64,000 nucleotides of DNA from a virus. The translations under genes were made by a program, and so were the position numbers. Below the pieces are notes generated by a model that saw nothing but the letters and a program-made list of their open reading frames with translations, was not told the origin of the DNA and searched no databases. The stretch lies in the IMG/VR virus record IMGVR_UViG_3300045988_036168. One strand, given 5' to 3'. This document shows positions 48,046-56,397 of this stretch, piece after piece (the stretch's first letter is position 1; each line of letters starts with the position of its first letter).

Positions 48046-48755
48046 TCGTCCGTCCCATCCTCGCCCATGAAGACCGAGCCGGCCCGCATCGCTCTGCGCT
48101 GGATCTCCTCCAGCAGCGTCGCCGTGCTGATGCCGTCAAGGCTGGGCAGGCCATTGCCGCCGCAGCAGTCGCATTCGCCGCAGCAATCTTCCTCAACCTC
48201 GTCGTCCAAAGAGACCAAGAGGTCAGAGTTAAGAAGCAAAGCGGGGCGGATGCCGTTCGAGCTGGATGCGTAGTAGTTGACGTAGTAGCCATCGGTGCTG
48301 ACGTACCACACGAAGCTGGTGTCGTAGGTGATCGGGGAGCGGAGCCACCGACACGCCCAAGGCGTGACGAGCCAGTACCAGTCATCCTCGTTCAGCGGGA
48401 TCAACTCCTTGAACTGGCCGTACTGCCAGAGCGTCAGGGGCGCCGCCTTGACCGTGATGGTGCCGTAGCTCTTGCTACGGTCGGTGCAGCTCAGATCCAC
48501 CTCAAACGGGAGAATGGCCGCGGCCTCCTCCGATGTGCGAGGCAGGGCCTCCACCCACTTGTCGATGCGCTCCTTCAAGGTGGAGCGGGTGTAGTCGTTG
48601 CGGTTCTCCGCATCGTCCTTGTCGTTGAACGGGCAGGACTCCTTGCTCTGAGCCAGCAGGACGAACGTGGAGCCGTCGCGCTGTTCCATAACAACGAACT
48701 TTTCACCGGCGAAGTTGAAAATGCGGCCGGGGCTGAGTTTTGCGAGTTTCTTCAT
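48042..48755 (-). CDS. DGR target protein 2 (remote), same WLRSP...GIRPAL framework, Cys-rich C-terminal extension
   Basis: Contains VR2; ...WACRWLRSPITYDTSFVWYVSTDGYYVNYYASSSNGIRPALLLNSDLLVSLDDEVEEDCCGECDCCGGNG...; lies in the replication/recombination operon. Confidence 0.8.
   Translation of the reverse strand: MKKLAKLSPGRIFNFAGEKFVVMEQRDGSTFVLLAQSKESCPFNDKDDAENRNDYTRSTLKERIDKWVEALPRTSEEAAAILPFEVDLSCTDRSKSYGTITVKAAPLTLWQYGQFKELIPLNEDDWYWLVTPWACRWLRSPITYDTSFVWYVSTDGYYVNYYASSSNGIRPALLLNSDLLVSLDDEVEEDCCGECDCCGGNGLPSLDGISTATLLEEIQRRAMRAGSVFMGEDGTDE
48210..48240 (-). promoter_or_regulatory. Conserved post-VR flank, copy 2
   Basis: See 32-62; same 12-mer at the same 19-nt spacing from the repeat end. 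Confidence 0.5.
48241..48349 (-). repeat. DGR variable repeat VR2 (remote)
   Basis: Gap-free 109-bp alignment to TR 2151-2259; 15 mismatches by hand count, all at + strand T of TR; homology ends at 48350. Confidence 0.85.
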
Positions 48756-48764
48756 GATTGCCTC

Positions 48765-49187
48765 CTATTCTGTTTCCTGAATTGTCACGACAACCCTCGG
48801 GTCGTCGCTGAAGAACTTTCTTACCTGTGCGTCTACAATCTGGGCGTCATCGTGATAGGCGATGTCGTTCAGGGAGTCGCACACGATTTTGCCGATGTTG
48901 TCGAAGTCGGGCTTCTTCATCGGTCTGATTTTCCGCTCGCGCATGAGCTGCGCTCTCTTTTTGCTGACACTTTTGGGGATGCCGTAGTACGCCGTGATGC
49001 GCACATCAAGCGGTGTGTCCTTGGGGAACTTGAAGTCGTTGCATTGACGGCGGTATTCGAGCCTGACGAGGTTCTCATAGCTGACCGTCTTCTCCGGTGT
49101 GTAGGGCTGAACAAACGCGCCAGCGTTTCGGAATCGCGGCCTGCCTTTGCCCGCCGGTTCTCCAAGGACGGAAAACTTCAGCTTCAT
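48765..49187 (-). CDS. rusA: RusA-family Holliday junction resolvase
   Basis: Start MKLKFSV (RBS GGAGGGGG); GKGRPRF...DFDNIGKIVCDSLN pattern. Confidence 0.75.
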   Translation of the reverse strand: MKLKFSVLGEPAGKGRPRFRNAGAFVQPYTPEKTVSYENLVRLEYRRQCNDFKFPKDTPLDVRITAYYGIPKSVSKKRAQLMRERKIRPMKKPDFDNIGKIVCDSLNDIAYHDDAQIVDAQVRKFFSDDPRVVVTIQETE

Positions 49188-49378
49188 TTTGGTATCTCCG
49201 CCCCCTCCACCATCGTCTCGCCAATCCAATACTTGACGAGGTATTCGTTGCTTCTCCCGTCCTTCTTCTGCTTCACGGGCTGGACGGAATACCCGTTTCG
49301 GAACAGGATCGAGGCGACCGTCACGCGGTCGGCTTCACTCCCGATTTTGAGGTAGAAGACCTCTTTACTCCCCACCAT
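49184..49378 (-). CDS. hypothetical protein
   Basis: Start MVGSKEV; 64 aa; ATGA-type overlap with rusA. Confidence 0.35.
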   Translation of the reverse strand: MVGSKEVFYLKIGSEADRVTVASILFRNGYSVQPVKQKKDGRSNEYLVKYWIGETMVEGAEIPK

Positions 49379-49550
49379 GTTCAGACTCCTCGCTGAGTTT
49401 GAACTGCGGGCCCCACGTTGCAACGATGTGGCGACTCTCCTGATCGACGAACGCGAGCTTCCCGTCGTAAATCGTCATGTTCAGCTTGTACTTGATACAG
49501 GCTCTCTCGACGTCAGCGATAAGATGCTGTACCCGCTGCTTCATTTCCAT
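49365..49550 (-). CDS. hypothetical protein
   Basis: Start MEMKQRV (RBS AAGGAG); 61 aa. Confidence 0.35.
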   Translation of the reverse strand: MEMKQRVQHLIADVERACIKYKLNMTIYDGKLAFVDQESRHIVATWGPQFKLSEESEHGGE

Positions 49551-49563
49551 TTGGCTTCTCCTT

Positions 49564-50451
49564 TCAGTCAATATCGAACAGCTTCTCCATCTCCGTGAAC
49601 CGCCGGCTGGCTTCCTTCTTCCGCCAACTCGGGCCGGTGAACTGCATCGAGTAGCAGGTCTCGAAGATGCGGTCATAAATGCGGCTGTACCGTCTGTCCT
49701 TCTCGTCCTTCATCTCGTCGATGGTCAGGTTCGTGGTCAGGAGCATCGGGAGCTTCCGCCGATACCGGCTGTCGATGATGTTGTAAATCTTCTCAAGCGC
49801 ATAATCGGTGTTGCGCTCAGCACCCAGATCGTCGAAGATGACCAGCTTCGCGCTGTTCATCCGGGCGATGATGTCGCTCTCCTTCTCCTCGCCGCCCTGA
49901 ATGAGTTCCAGCAGCTTCACAAGGGAGGTCATCATCACGGGGACGCCGCGGTTCAGCAGGTGGTTGGCGATACAGGCGGCCGCAAAACTCTTGCCCGTGC
50001 CAACGCTTCCCCAGAAAATCAAACCCTGATTTTTGGACACCATCTCGTCGAACGCCTCAGCGTATCGGCGGCACAGCTTCAGATTTCGGGCGTTGTACTT
50101 CGTGACTTGGAAGCTGTCGAAGGATGCCTCGCGGAGCTTTTCATCCATGAGGCTCGCCTTTTTCAGACGGGCGACACGCTCCATGTCCTTTTTGTTCTGC
50201 TCGGCCTGCTTCTCGGCAGCCTCCTTGTCGCGGTCGCACTTGCAGGAGCGGGTGGCCTTGAACGTCATCTTGTTCTCGGGGTTGCCCTCCATCGGAGCGG
50301 ACACCGTCACCATCCCCTGCCTCGGCTCGCCGCACTTCCCGCACATGAGCATTCCGTCATCGTCGAACCAATCGCCGTGGCGGATCTCCTGCCGTTCAAG
50401 CCCTTGGGCGGCAATACGGGGCAAAATGGTCTGCGGGTCAAATCCTTGCAT
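49564..50451 (-). CDS. DnaC/IstB-like AAA+ helicase loader
   Basis: Walker A GSVGTGKS, Walker B VIFDDLG. Confidence 0.8.
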   Translation of the reverse strand: MQGFDPQTILPRIAAQGLERQEIRHGDWFDDDGMLMCGKCGEPRQGMVTVSAPMEGNPENKMTFKATRSCKCDRDKEAAEKQAEQNKKDMERVARLKKASLMDEKLREASFDSFQVTKYNARNLKLCRRYAEAFDEMVSKNQGLIFWGSVGTGKSFAAACIANHLLNRGVPVMMTSLVKLLELIQGGEEKESDIIARMNSAKLVIFDDLGAERNTDYALEKIYNIIDSRYRRKLPMLLTTNLTIDEMKDEKDRRYSRIYDRIFETCYSMQFTGPSWRKKEASRRFTEMEKLFDID

Positions 50452-50454
50452 TTG

Positions 50455-51321
50455 TCATTCCTCCCCGTATTCCGCAAACGGATTTTTGTTGTCGGGCACC
50501 GCGTCCTCGGGCGGCTGGGCTTTCTTCTTATCTGGCAGATAGTCAAGGAACGGCCGGCTGTCGCTCAGGAACGTCTTCGGGTGCTTGATGTACTGCTTCT
50601 CGGTGCCGAGCCTCTTGCACTGGGTCGCATAGTTCCGAGCGGCCATCAGCAGCTCCTCCGGGGAGAAGCCCTCATGGATGCGGGCCTGATACTTCTTGAA
50701 GGCGTTGCCTTTCTCAGCCTTTTTCGGGTATGCGTCCCAGAACTCGTCGAAGGTCGGCGTGTACTTTGGCGTTGCCGGTTCCGCAGGGGGCTTCGGCGGT
50801 TCAGGAGGCTCGGTCGGCGCTTTTTCGGCTGCGGGAGTCTCTCCCCCGTCGATTTTAAGCTGCTTTTCCTCGCCGTCCGCGGGACCGTCCGTGTGACCGT
50901 CCTTCGCCGCATCCGCTTTTTCCTCGTTTTGGGCCGCCGCTTTGCTGTTCCGCCGACTCTCGCGCTTGCGGGCAGCGTCGCGCTCTCGGGCATCCTTGGC
51001 CTTTTGCCATTGGGCTTGCCAAGTCTCCCAGTCGTGGATGCAGATTCCGCGAGGCGACCAGTCGAGCCAGCCGCTATCGAAGAGTGCATCCACGATTTTC
51101 TTCGGATCGAGCACACAACCTGCGCCGACGCCGTACAGGTATCGCTCGATGTCCTCTTTTTCTGCATACAGTATGAGCCCGTCCCTCTCAGCGTTCGTAA
51201 GCCCCCAGAACCACAAGAAGTTCAGGATGCCCGTCGCCTCGAACTTTGAGCAACCGAGCTGCTTATACAGATTCCGCAGCTTCGGCCCGTCGATACTTTC
51301 GTGTACGCTGATCCATGCCAT
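50455..51321 (-). CDS. replisome organiser / DnaD-like replication protein
   Basis: N-terminal MAWISVHESIDGPKLRNL...FLWFWGL pattern; upstream of loader; basic/acidic linker. Confidence 0.5.
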   Translation of the reverse strand: MAWISVHESIDGPKLRNLYKQLGCSKFEATGILNFLWFWGLTNAERDGLILYAEKEDIERYLYGVGAGCVLDPKKIVDALFDSGWLDWSPRGICIHDWETWQAQWQKAKDARERDAARKRESRRNSKAAAQNEEKADAAKDGHTDGPADGEEKQLKIDGGETPAAEKAPTEPPEPPKPPAEPATPKYTPTFDEFWDAYPKKAEKGNAFKKYQARIHEGFSPEELLMAARNYATQCKRLGTEKQYIKHPKTFLSDSRPFLDYLPDKKKAQPPEDAVPDNKNPFAEYGEE

Positions 51322-51366
51322 TTTCTCACCTGCCTGTCTGTATGACGGCTATGCCGTCGGATCGCA

Positions 51367-52296
51367 TCACTCTTTACCGGGGAAATCGGGCTGGTCGCTG
51401 GCAGGAACGGTATCGCTTGCTTCCTGCGGAGCTTCGGGTTCAGGCTTCTTCTCCTGAGCCATTTCCATGACCTTTTCGGTGATGCGGTGATACACAGACG
51501 TAGGCAGGCCCTCCGTGGACTCGTAGCCCTCGGCGGCCAGCAGGGATTTCAGGATGCCGTTCGCTTCCTGTCCGAAGGCGCTCGTCGCCATCTTGAAAAG
51601 CGTCTGACGCTGATCCTGCGTGATGGGTTCATCCTTTTCAGCCTCGGTCACTTCGCCGGTAGCAGGATCGACCACCAGAGCGAAGCCATCCGTCGGAAGC
51701 TCGCCCATGTCGAGGACTTCCTCCTGACTGTAAATGCCCATAATCATATCGGGGCAGTTCATGCGGCCAAAGAACGAAGCGGCGCGGTACTGGATCATCA
51801 CGTCGGGCATGGTCTTCCACTTGCTGCCGTTTTTGCTCGTCCAGCCTTCGTCGTTCGCCATATTCATCGTGATTTTCGGGCCGTAGACCTTGTGGCCGGA
51901 GTAATCCTCTGCCCAAGCGCGGCAGCTCAGGCCGCCGTCGGCTTTGTCGCGGCCGAACTCGAACTGCAGCTCGGTCTTATACCGGCGGCTGCTGTTAATC
52001 ATGGCGATGATCCACTGGCTCGACCACGCAGGGCGCCCGTTGACGATGTAGAGGTTCTGCATCACCATCATCGGACTGGTGTTGATGCGAGATGCCATCT
52101 CAATAGCGATCATGCAGTTGCCGACGTTTCCGTGGTACTCCTTGGGGACTACCGTAGACGACGCAAGGCACTGGGCCATGCGCAGAGCCGTATTGAAGCT
52201 CGCGCCGTCAGCGAAGACGCTCAAGGCTCCCCCGCCGGCCGTTTTCTGAGCCACAGCCCCAGCGGGCGCCGTGCTCAGTTTGTTTTCGTTGCTCAT
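51367..52296 (-). CDS. single-strand annealing recombinase (RecT/Red-beta-like)
   Basis: NLYIVNGRPAWSSQW and SKWKTMPDVMIQYRAASFFGR patterns; paired with exonuclease. Confidence 0.65.
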   Translation of the reverse strand: MSNENKLSTAPAGAVAQKTAGGGALSVFADGASFNTALRMAQCLASSTVVPKEYHGNVGNCMIAIEMASRINTSPMMVMQNLYIVNGRPAWSSQWIIAMINSSRRYKTELQFEFGRDKADGGLSCRAWAEDYSGHKVYGPKITMNMANDEGWTSKNGSKWKTMPDVMIQYRAASFFGRMNCPDMIMGIYSQEEVLDMGELPTDGFALVVDPATGEVTEAEKDEPITQDQRQTLFKMATSAFGQEANGILKSLLAAEGYESTEGLPTSVYHRITEKVMEMAQEKKPEPEAPQEASDTVPASDQPDFPGKE

Positions 52297-52321
52297 GTTG
52301 ACCTCCTGTTATTCTCCGGTT

Positions 52322-53068
52322 TTACCGGGTGCTGACGCTGGTGGTGTATGTTTCGCGGAACTTGATACCGGGTATCTCGACCTGGCCCTTGGACATCTTA
52401 ATCAGGCGGAGCACCGCAGCCTTATCGACCGGGCGCAGCTCAATGCCAACGAGGGACACGGGAACCTTAGACCAGTCGCACTCGGACTCGCAGATTTCCC
52501 ACGTCTTGCTCTGGGAGATGCCCTTGACCTTGGGCGTCTGATGCTGGACGCCACCGGCGATGGACACCCCTTCCATCATCTCGGCTTCGGCCATAGCGTA
52601 CTCTGCGCCAACAGCGTCACCGTTAGCCTCAGCTTCGGCAGCTTCATTCAGGTGGCGGTCGATCTCGGCCTGAGCCAGTCGGCGCATGGCCTCCTCCTGC
52701 TCACGGCGCTTGCGCTCCTGCTCCGCGCTGTACTCGTTCACCTTGGTCTTGACGATCTTCTCCGCCTTTTCCAGAGGCTCAATCATTTCCTTTCTGTGGT
52801 TCAGAACCTCGTCGTAGCTCTTCTTGGCGGACACGCGGAGAGGCTCCCAATAGTCATTGACCTGCTTCTGGGCCTGCTTGATCTGCTTCAGGAACAGGCC
52901 AGCGTCCTCGAAATCCGCTCCAGAGGCGACGACGACCGCTTCGGCCCGCTGCTCAATCAAGCTGACTTCTTTGCCGAGCTTGCTCTCTTCAGCGTTCATC
53001 ACGGTCACGTTCTCTTCTGCGGTGTCAAGGACAAGGGCATTGCTTCCGATGGTCTTTGCGTCGTTCAT
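52322..53068 (-). CDS. hypothetical coiled-coil protein
   Basis: Start MNDAKT (RBS AAGGAG); between exonuclease and SSAP. Confidence 0.45.
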   Translation of the reverse strand: MNDAKTIGSNALVLDTAEENVTVMNAEESKLGKEVSLIEQRAEAVVVASGADFEDAGLFLKQIKQAQKQVNDYWEPLRVSAKKSYDEVLNHRKEMIEPLEKAEKIVKTKVNEYSAEQERKRREQEEAMRRLAQAEIDRHLNEAAEAEANGDAVGAEYAMAEAEMMEGVSIAGGVQHQTPKVKGISQSKTWEICESECDWSKVPVSLVGIELRPVDKAAVLRLIKMSKGQVEIPGIKFRETYTTSVSTR

Positions 53069-53086
53069 ACTGACACTCCTTTTCAT

Positions 53087-53704
53087 TTATTTGTAAGACT
53101 GTTCATAGTCGTACAGACATTTCAGCGCCCCGACTACGCGGCATCTGGCGGGGTCTTTGGCCGGGAACTCGCGGAACGACCACTTCCCGTCCTTTTTCAG
53201 ATGCAGGATGTGCTTTCTCTGCGGTGTGATGCCGTGGGAAATAAGTGCCTGCGAGTAGGCTTCAAGCTGGACACCGCAGGCCATTTCCAGCAGCGTGTAC
53301 GTCGTCTTGAAGTCGATAAGCTCCAGCAGGCCGCCAATCTCGCAGAGCAGGTCAATCGTCCCGCCGTAGCGCATCAGCTTATGGTAGATGCGCACCTCAG
53401 AGCCGAAGACCCGCGGTTTATACTGCTTCCACCACTCCACGAAGCCGTTGAAGTAGCCGCGATGCTCCGACGGAATATCGTCGATGCCGAACTTGATCCA
53501 GTTCTCGATGCTGTTATGCACCGCAGAGCCTTTGATGGCGGCGTTCTCAAGCGTCCGCTTGCTGATACCGCCGTAGCACTGGTCTTTCAGCGGCTCCATC
53601 AGCTTCGACACGCTCGGGATGATGTCGCCGTTCAGCCGGTAGATATGGCTGGCCTCGTCGAAGGTCAGCTCGGGCAGTTCAGGAACCTCAACCGTCATAC
53701 CCAT
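53087..53704 (-). CDS. PD-(D/E)XK exonuclease (recombination partner)
   Basis: GTIDLL...ELIDFKT = D..ExK motif. Confidence 0.65.
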   Translation of the reverse strand: MGMTVEVPELPELTFDEASHIYRLNGDIIPSVSKLMEPLKDQCYGGISKRTLENAAIKGSAVHNSIENWIKFGIDDIPSEHRGYFNGFVEWWKQYKPRVFGSEVRIYHKLMRYGGTIDLLCEIGGLLELIDFKTTYTLLEMACGVQLEAYSQALISHGITPQRKHILHLKKDGKWSFREFPAKDPARCRVVGALKCLYDYEQSYK

Positions 53705-53936
53705 CGGGAATGTCCTCCTCGCTCGCAGTTCTCCATTCTCCGCCCAGCTTCGGTATCAGGACGCAGAGCGGCAGGTCTTCCAAGCAGTCCTCGCACCACG
53801 CCTCACCGTCGATAATGCCGTATTCGTCGCCGGGAATAATCGGCTCTCCGCAGGAGCAGCAGTGCGTTACCGGCGTCGGGTCCGGAGCGTTCGGGCAGCC
53901 GCTCAGGCAAGGGCTGTGCATACAGATGTCGCACAT
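53688..53936 (-). CDS. small Cys-rich protein
   Basis: 82 aa with CDIC, CLSGC, CCSCG, CEDC. Confidence 0.4.
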   Translation of the reverse strand: MCDICMHSPCLSGCPNAPDPTPVTHCCSCGEPIIPGDEYGIIDGEAWCEDCLEDLPLCVLIPKLGGEWRTASEEDIPDGYDG

Positions 53937-54169
53937 AAGTTTCTCCTCCCAATCGCATTGATTCTCTCGCGCATCACATAATCTTCCAGCTCGTTTCTGA
54001 ACAGGAGCGGCACATACGCCTCGTCCTTGCCGTTCAGGTCTGCCTTGCGGACGGTGTGCTGCATGATGGCGACCATGTCATCCACATCGAACCAGAAGCC
54101 GGTCTCGTTCTGGACGTCCACGATGATGTTTCCCAGCTCCTCGGTGTTCAGCTTCGCCGTGTCGATCAT
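53903..54169 (-). CDS. hypothetical protein
   Basis: Start MIDTAK in ATGA overlap with upstream stop. Confidence 0.4.
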   Translation of the reverse strand: MIDTAKLNTEELGNIIVDVQNETGFWFDVDDMVAIMQHTVRKADLNGKDEAYVPLLFRNELEDYVMRERINAIGRRNLCATSVCTALA

Positions 54170-54894
54170 GCCAGCACCTCCGCCCATGCGTCCGCGTATT
54201 CCATCACCGTGCGGCTGTACGACGTGGTCGTGTAGCCTTTGCTGAAGACGTGCTCCTGAGCGCCGCCCTCGCCGTAGTTGTAACAAATCAAGGCTTTGTG
54301 CCAGTCCCCGTACTTCCCATACAGGTCGCTCAGGATGAACACGCCAGCGCGGATATTCTGGTACGGGTCAGTCAGATCCGTGACTCTGATTTTCTCGGAC
54401 AGCCATTCGGAATTGATGCTGTTGATCTGCATATAGCCGTAGCAGCTTCCGTTTGCGGCTGTGGCCGTGAACGAGCTTTCGGCCTGAATGACGCCCAGAG
54501 CCACGTTCTGAGGGACGCCGTATTCTTCGCAGACCGCAATCAGATGGCACTGCAGGTCGAAGTCCAGCGGGATCTCCTCATGCAGATAGCCTTGCTCCAG
54601 CAGAGCGGCCTCGATTTTCTCGTTCTCGTCCTCTTCCTCTACGGGTTCCGGTTCCTGAGTAGGCTCTGCCGTCATCTGGACGTGCTGATATGTACTGTCG
54701 TGCTCTGCGACCAGCAGAACCGGCTCAGCCTGCAATGCGGGCGGCTGCGGTGTTGGTTCGGGCACCGTTTCGGCTGCCCCCCCCCCTGTCAGGGCTACGA
54801 TGCTGGCCGTGGTCATCGCCAGCACGGCCGCTGTGGTCGCCAGCTTGATTCGCAAGATGCGGCGGCGTCTTCTTCGCCGTTCCATTCGGGTCAT
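54166..54894 (-). CDS. membrane-anchored lytic transglycosylase (SLT domain)
   Basis: AESSF...GYMQI catalytic pattern; Arg-rich N-terminus plus hydrophobic segment. Confidence 0.75.
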   Translation of the reverse strand: MTRMERRRRRRRILRIKLATTAAVLAMTTASIVALTGGGAAETVPEPTPQPPALQAEPVLLVAEHDSTYQHVQMTAEPTQEPEPVEEEDENEKIEAALLEQGYLHEEIPLDFDLQCHLIAVCEEYGVPQNVALGVIQAESSFTATAANGSCYGYMQINSINSEWLSEKIRVTDLTDPYQNIRAGVFILSDLYGKYGDWHKALICYNYGEGGAQEHVFSKGYTTTSYSRTVMEYADAWAEVLA

Positions 54895-55029
54895 GATGCT
54901 TTGTCCTCCTTTGTTTTCTCAGGTGTCGCGCAGAACGGGGCCAGATCCAACGGTTTCATCCGCCGAATGGCCTCCGCAAGCTCCCGTGGGCTTTTGATGC
55001 CATACTCTTCCGCGAGTATAGCCATCAGA

Positions 55030-55545
55030 CTACTTTGATCCATGGGCATCACCATCTTCGTTCAGAGCCATCTCTCCGATGGTCTTCAGCTCGCTCACGG
55101 TCTTTGCCAGATCGTCGAGGTAGGCCAAAACCTCTTGAAGCGCCGGTTTCTCGTCTTCGGTGATTTTCCCGTCAGCCGCGATGTCAAGGAGCGTGTCCTT
55201 GACATCTCCGAGCTTTTCGGTCTTCAGGCTCTTCAGCAGCTTGACCGTCACGCGGTCAATGCCCACCACTTCATCGGAGAGCGAATGCCTGCATCCAATC
55301 GGGCACTCGTTCAAGCAGTAGTGGTTCAGCAGCCACGGGGCGTTGTACCTGTCAGCCATGAGCACCGCCTTATCGACCGGCATGAACTTTGTGTTCCCCA
55401 GCTCTGCATCTGCCAGCGAAGATACCGACATTCCGAGTTGCTCAGCCGCGCTCTCACGGCTACATAGCCTGTCATCATATTCAGCAGCCTTTTTTCTGGC
55501 TTGATACCACGGATTTCCCGCCGCTTTCGTAGCGTCACGTCCCAT
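55030..55545 (-). CDS. XRE-family HTH regulator
   Basis: SAAEQLGMSVSSLADAELG HTH; first gene of the early leftward operon. Confidence 0.6.
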   Translation of the reverse strand: MGRDATKAAGNPWYQARKKAAEYDDRLCSRESAAEQLGMSVSSLADAELGNTKFMPVDKAVLMADRYNAPWLLNHYCLNECPIGCRHSLSDEVVGIDRVTVKLLKSLKTEKLGDVKDTLLDIAADGKITEDEKPALQEVLAYLDDLAKTVSELKTIGEMALNEDGDAHGSK

Positions 55546-55592
55546 TTTCTCTGAGCCTCCAATCGCCTATAATTACCGTAGTGGCAAGATAA

Positions 55593-55610
55593 ATTATCCA
55601 ATCGGCTAAT
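55593..55610. promoter_or_regulatory. operator-like imperfect palindrome ATTATCC-AATC-GGCTAAT
   Basis: 48 nt upstream of 55545 start, overlapping a TTGCCC-17-ATAATT promoter-like element; same motif at 55933-55950. Confidence 0.5.
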
Positions 55611-55653
55611 CATCGGGCAAAAAAATATACACCGACGCCGATGATGGCCTCGA

Positions 55654-55872
55654 TTAACCAGTTGGCAACTTGCCGTCGAAGAAAAAGTCGTTCACCTGCG
55701 CATTGTTCAGCGTGAGCAGGCTGGCGACCTCCGGGACTTCATCCAAGGTAAACTCTACTTCGCCTCTCTCTTTTCTCCCATAGGAGACTTCCGTGAGGCC
55801 GAGCTTCTCTGCCATGTACTTCTGCGTAAATCCAAGCCTTGCGCGGGCTCCCTTGATTTCGAGTGGTTTCAT
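55654..55872 (-). CDS. Cro-like XRE HTH protein
   Basis: Start MKPLEIKG at 55872; LGFTQKYMAEKLGLTEVSYGRKERG HTH; divergent from cI-like gene. Confidence 0.65.
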   Translation of the reverse strand: MKPLEIKGARARLGFTQKYMAEKLGLTEVSYGRKERGEVEFTLDEVPEVASLLTLNNAQVNDFFFDGKLPTG

Positions 55873-55926
55873 AATGTTCACCCCTTTCAGCCTATCTTTT
55901 TTTGAAGATAATTGACCTATGTGATT

Positions 55927-55955
55927 ATTATAATTATCCACGTGGCTAATGTCAA
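55927..55955 (-). promoter_or_regulatory. consensus sigma-70 promoter (leftward) with operator in the spacer
   Basis: Minus strand TTGACA - 17 nt - TATAAT; the 17-nt spacer is almost entirely operator motif ATTATCC-ACGT-GGCTAAT (55933-55950). Confidence 0.7.
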
Positions 55956-55986
55956 TAGTTTTTTGCAGTTTTATCGCAAAAAATGT

Positions 55987-56015
55987 TTGCGATTTTACCC
56001 AAAGAGCTTTACAAT
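55987..56015 (+). promoter_or_regulatory. sigma-70 promoter (rightward) for the cI-like gene
   Basis: TTGCGA - 17 nt - TACAAT, 41 nt upstream of ATG 56057. Confidence 0.6.
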
Positions 56016-56056
56016 GGCTAATACAAACAATCACGCTGGCAAAGGAGAAGCACATC

Positions 56057-56395
56057 ATGGAACTCGAACTCGATTTTACCGCCTTCAAGAAGAACCTGCG
56101 CGACCTAATTGAAAGCAGGGGTCTCTACGCCAAGGACATCGCCGCAGAGATCAACGTCTCAACGCCTACCCTGTCGAGATACCTTCAGGGCGTCCGTGAA
56201 CCCGAACTCAAGTACGTCGTTCGGCTCGCCCGCTACTTCGGCGTTTCTGTTGACTGGCTGCTGGGCCTCAGCAACGACCGCTACGAGGCAGTCCCCACAG
56301 AAGTCCGCGAGTTTGCCACTCTGTACGCTCTGGCCTCGCCAGATGACCGTACCATCGTCGAAACTGTACTCAAAAAATATCGAGAGGAGAACTAA
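56057..56395 (+). CDS. CI-like XRE HTH repressor
   Basis: Start MELELD (RBS AAAGGAGAAG); DIAAEINVSTPTLSRYLQGVREP HTH. Confidence 0.7.
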   Translation: MELELDFTAFKKNLRDLIESRGLYAKDIAAEINVSTPTLSRYLQGVREPELKYVVRLARYFGVSVDWLLGLSNDRYEAVPTEVREFATLYALASPDDRTIVETVLKKYREEN

Positions 56396-56397
56396 CC

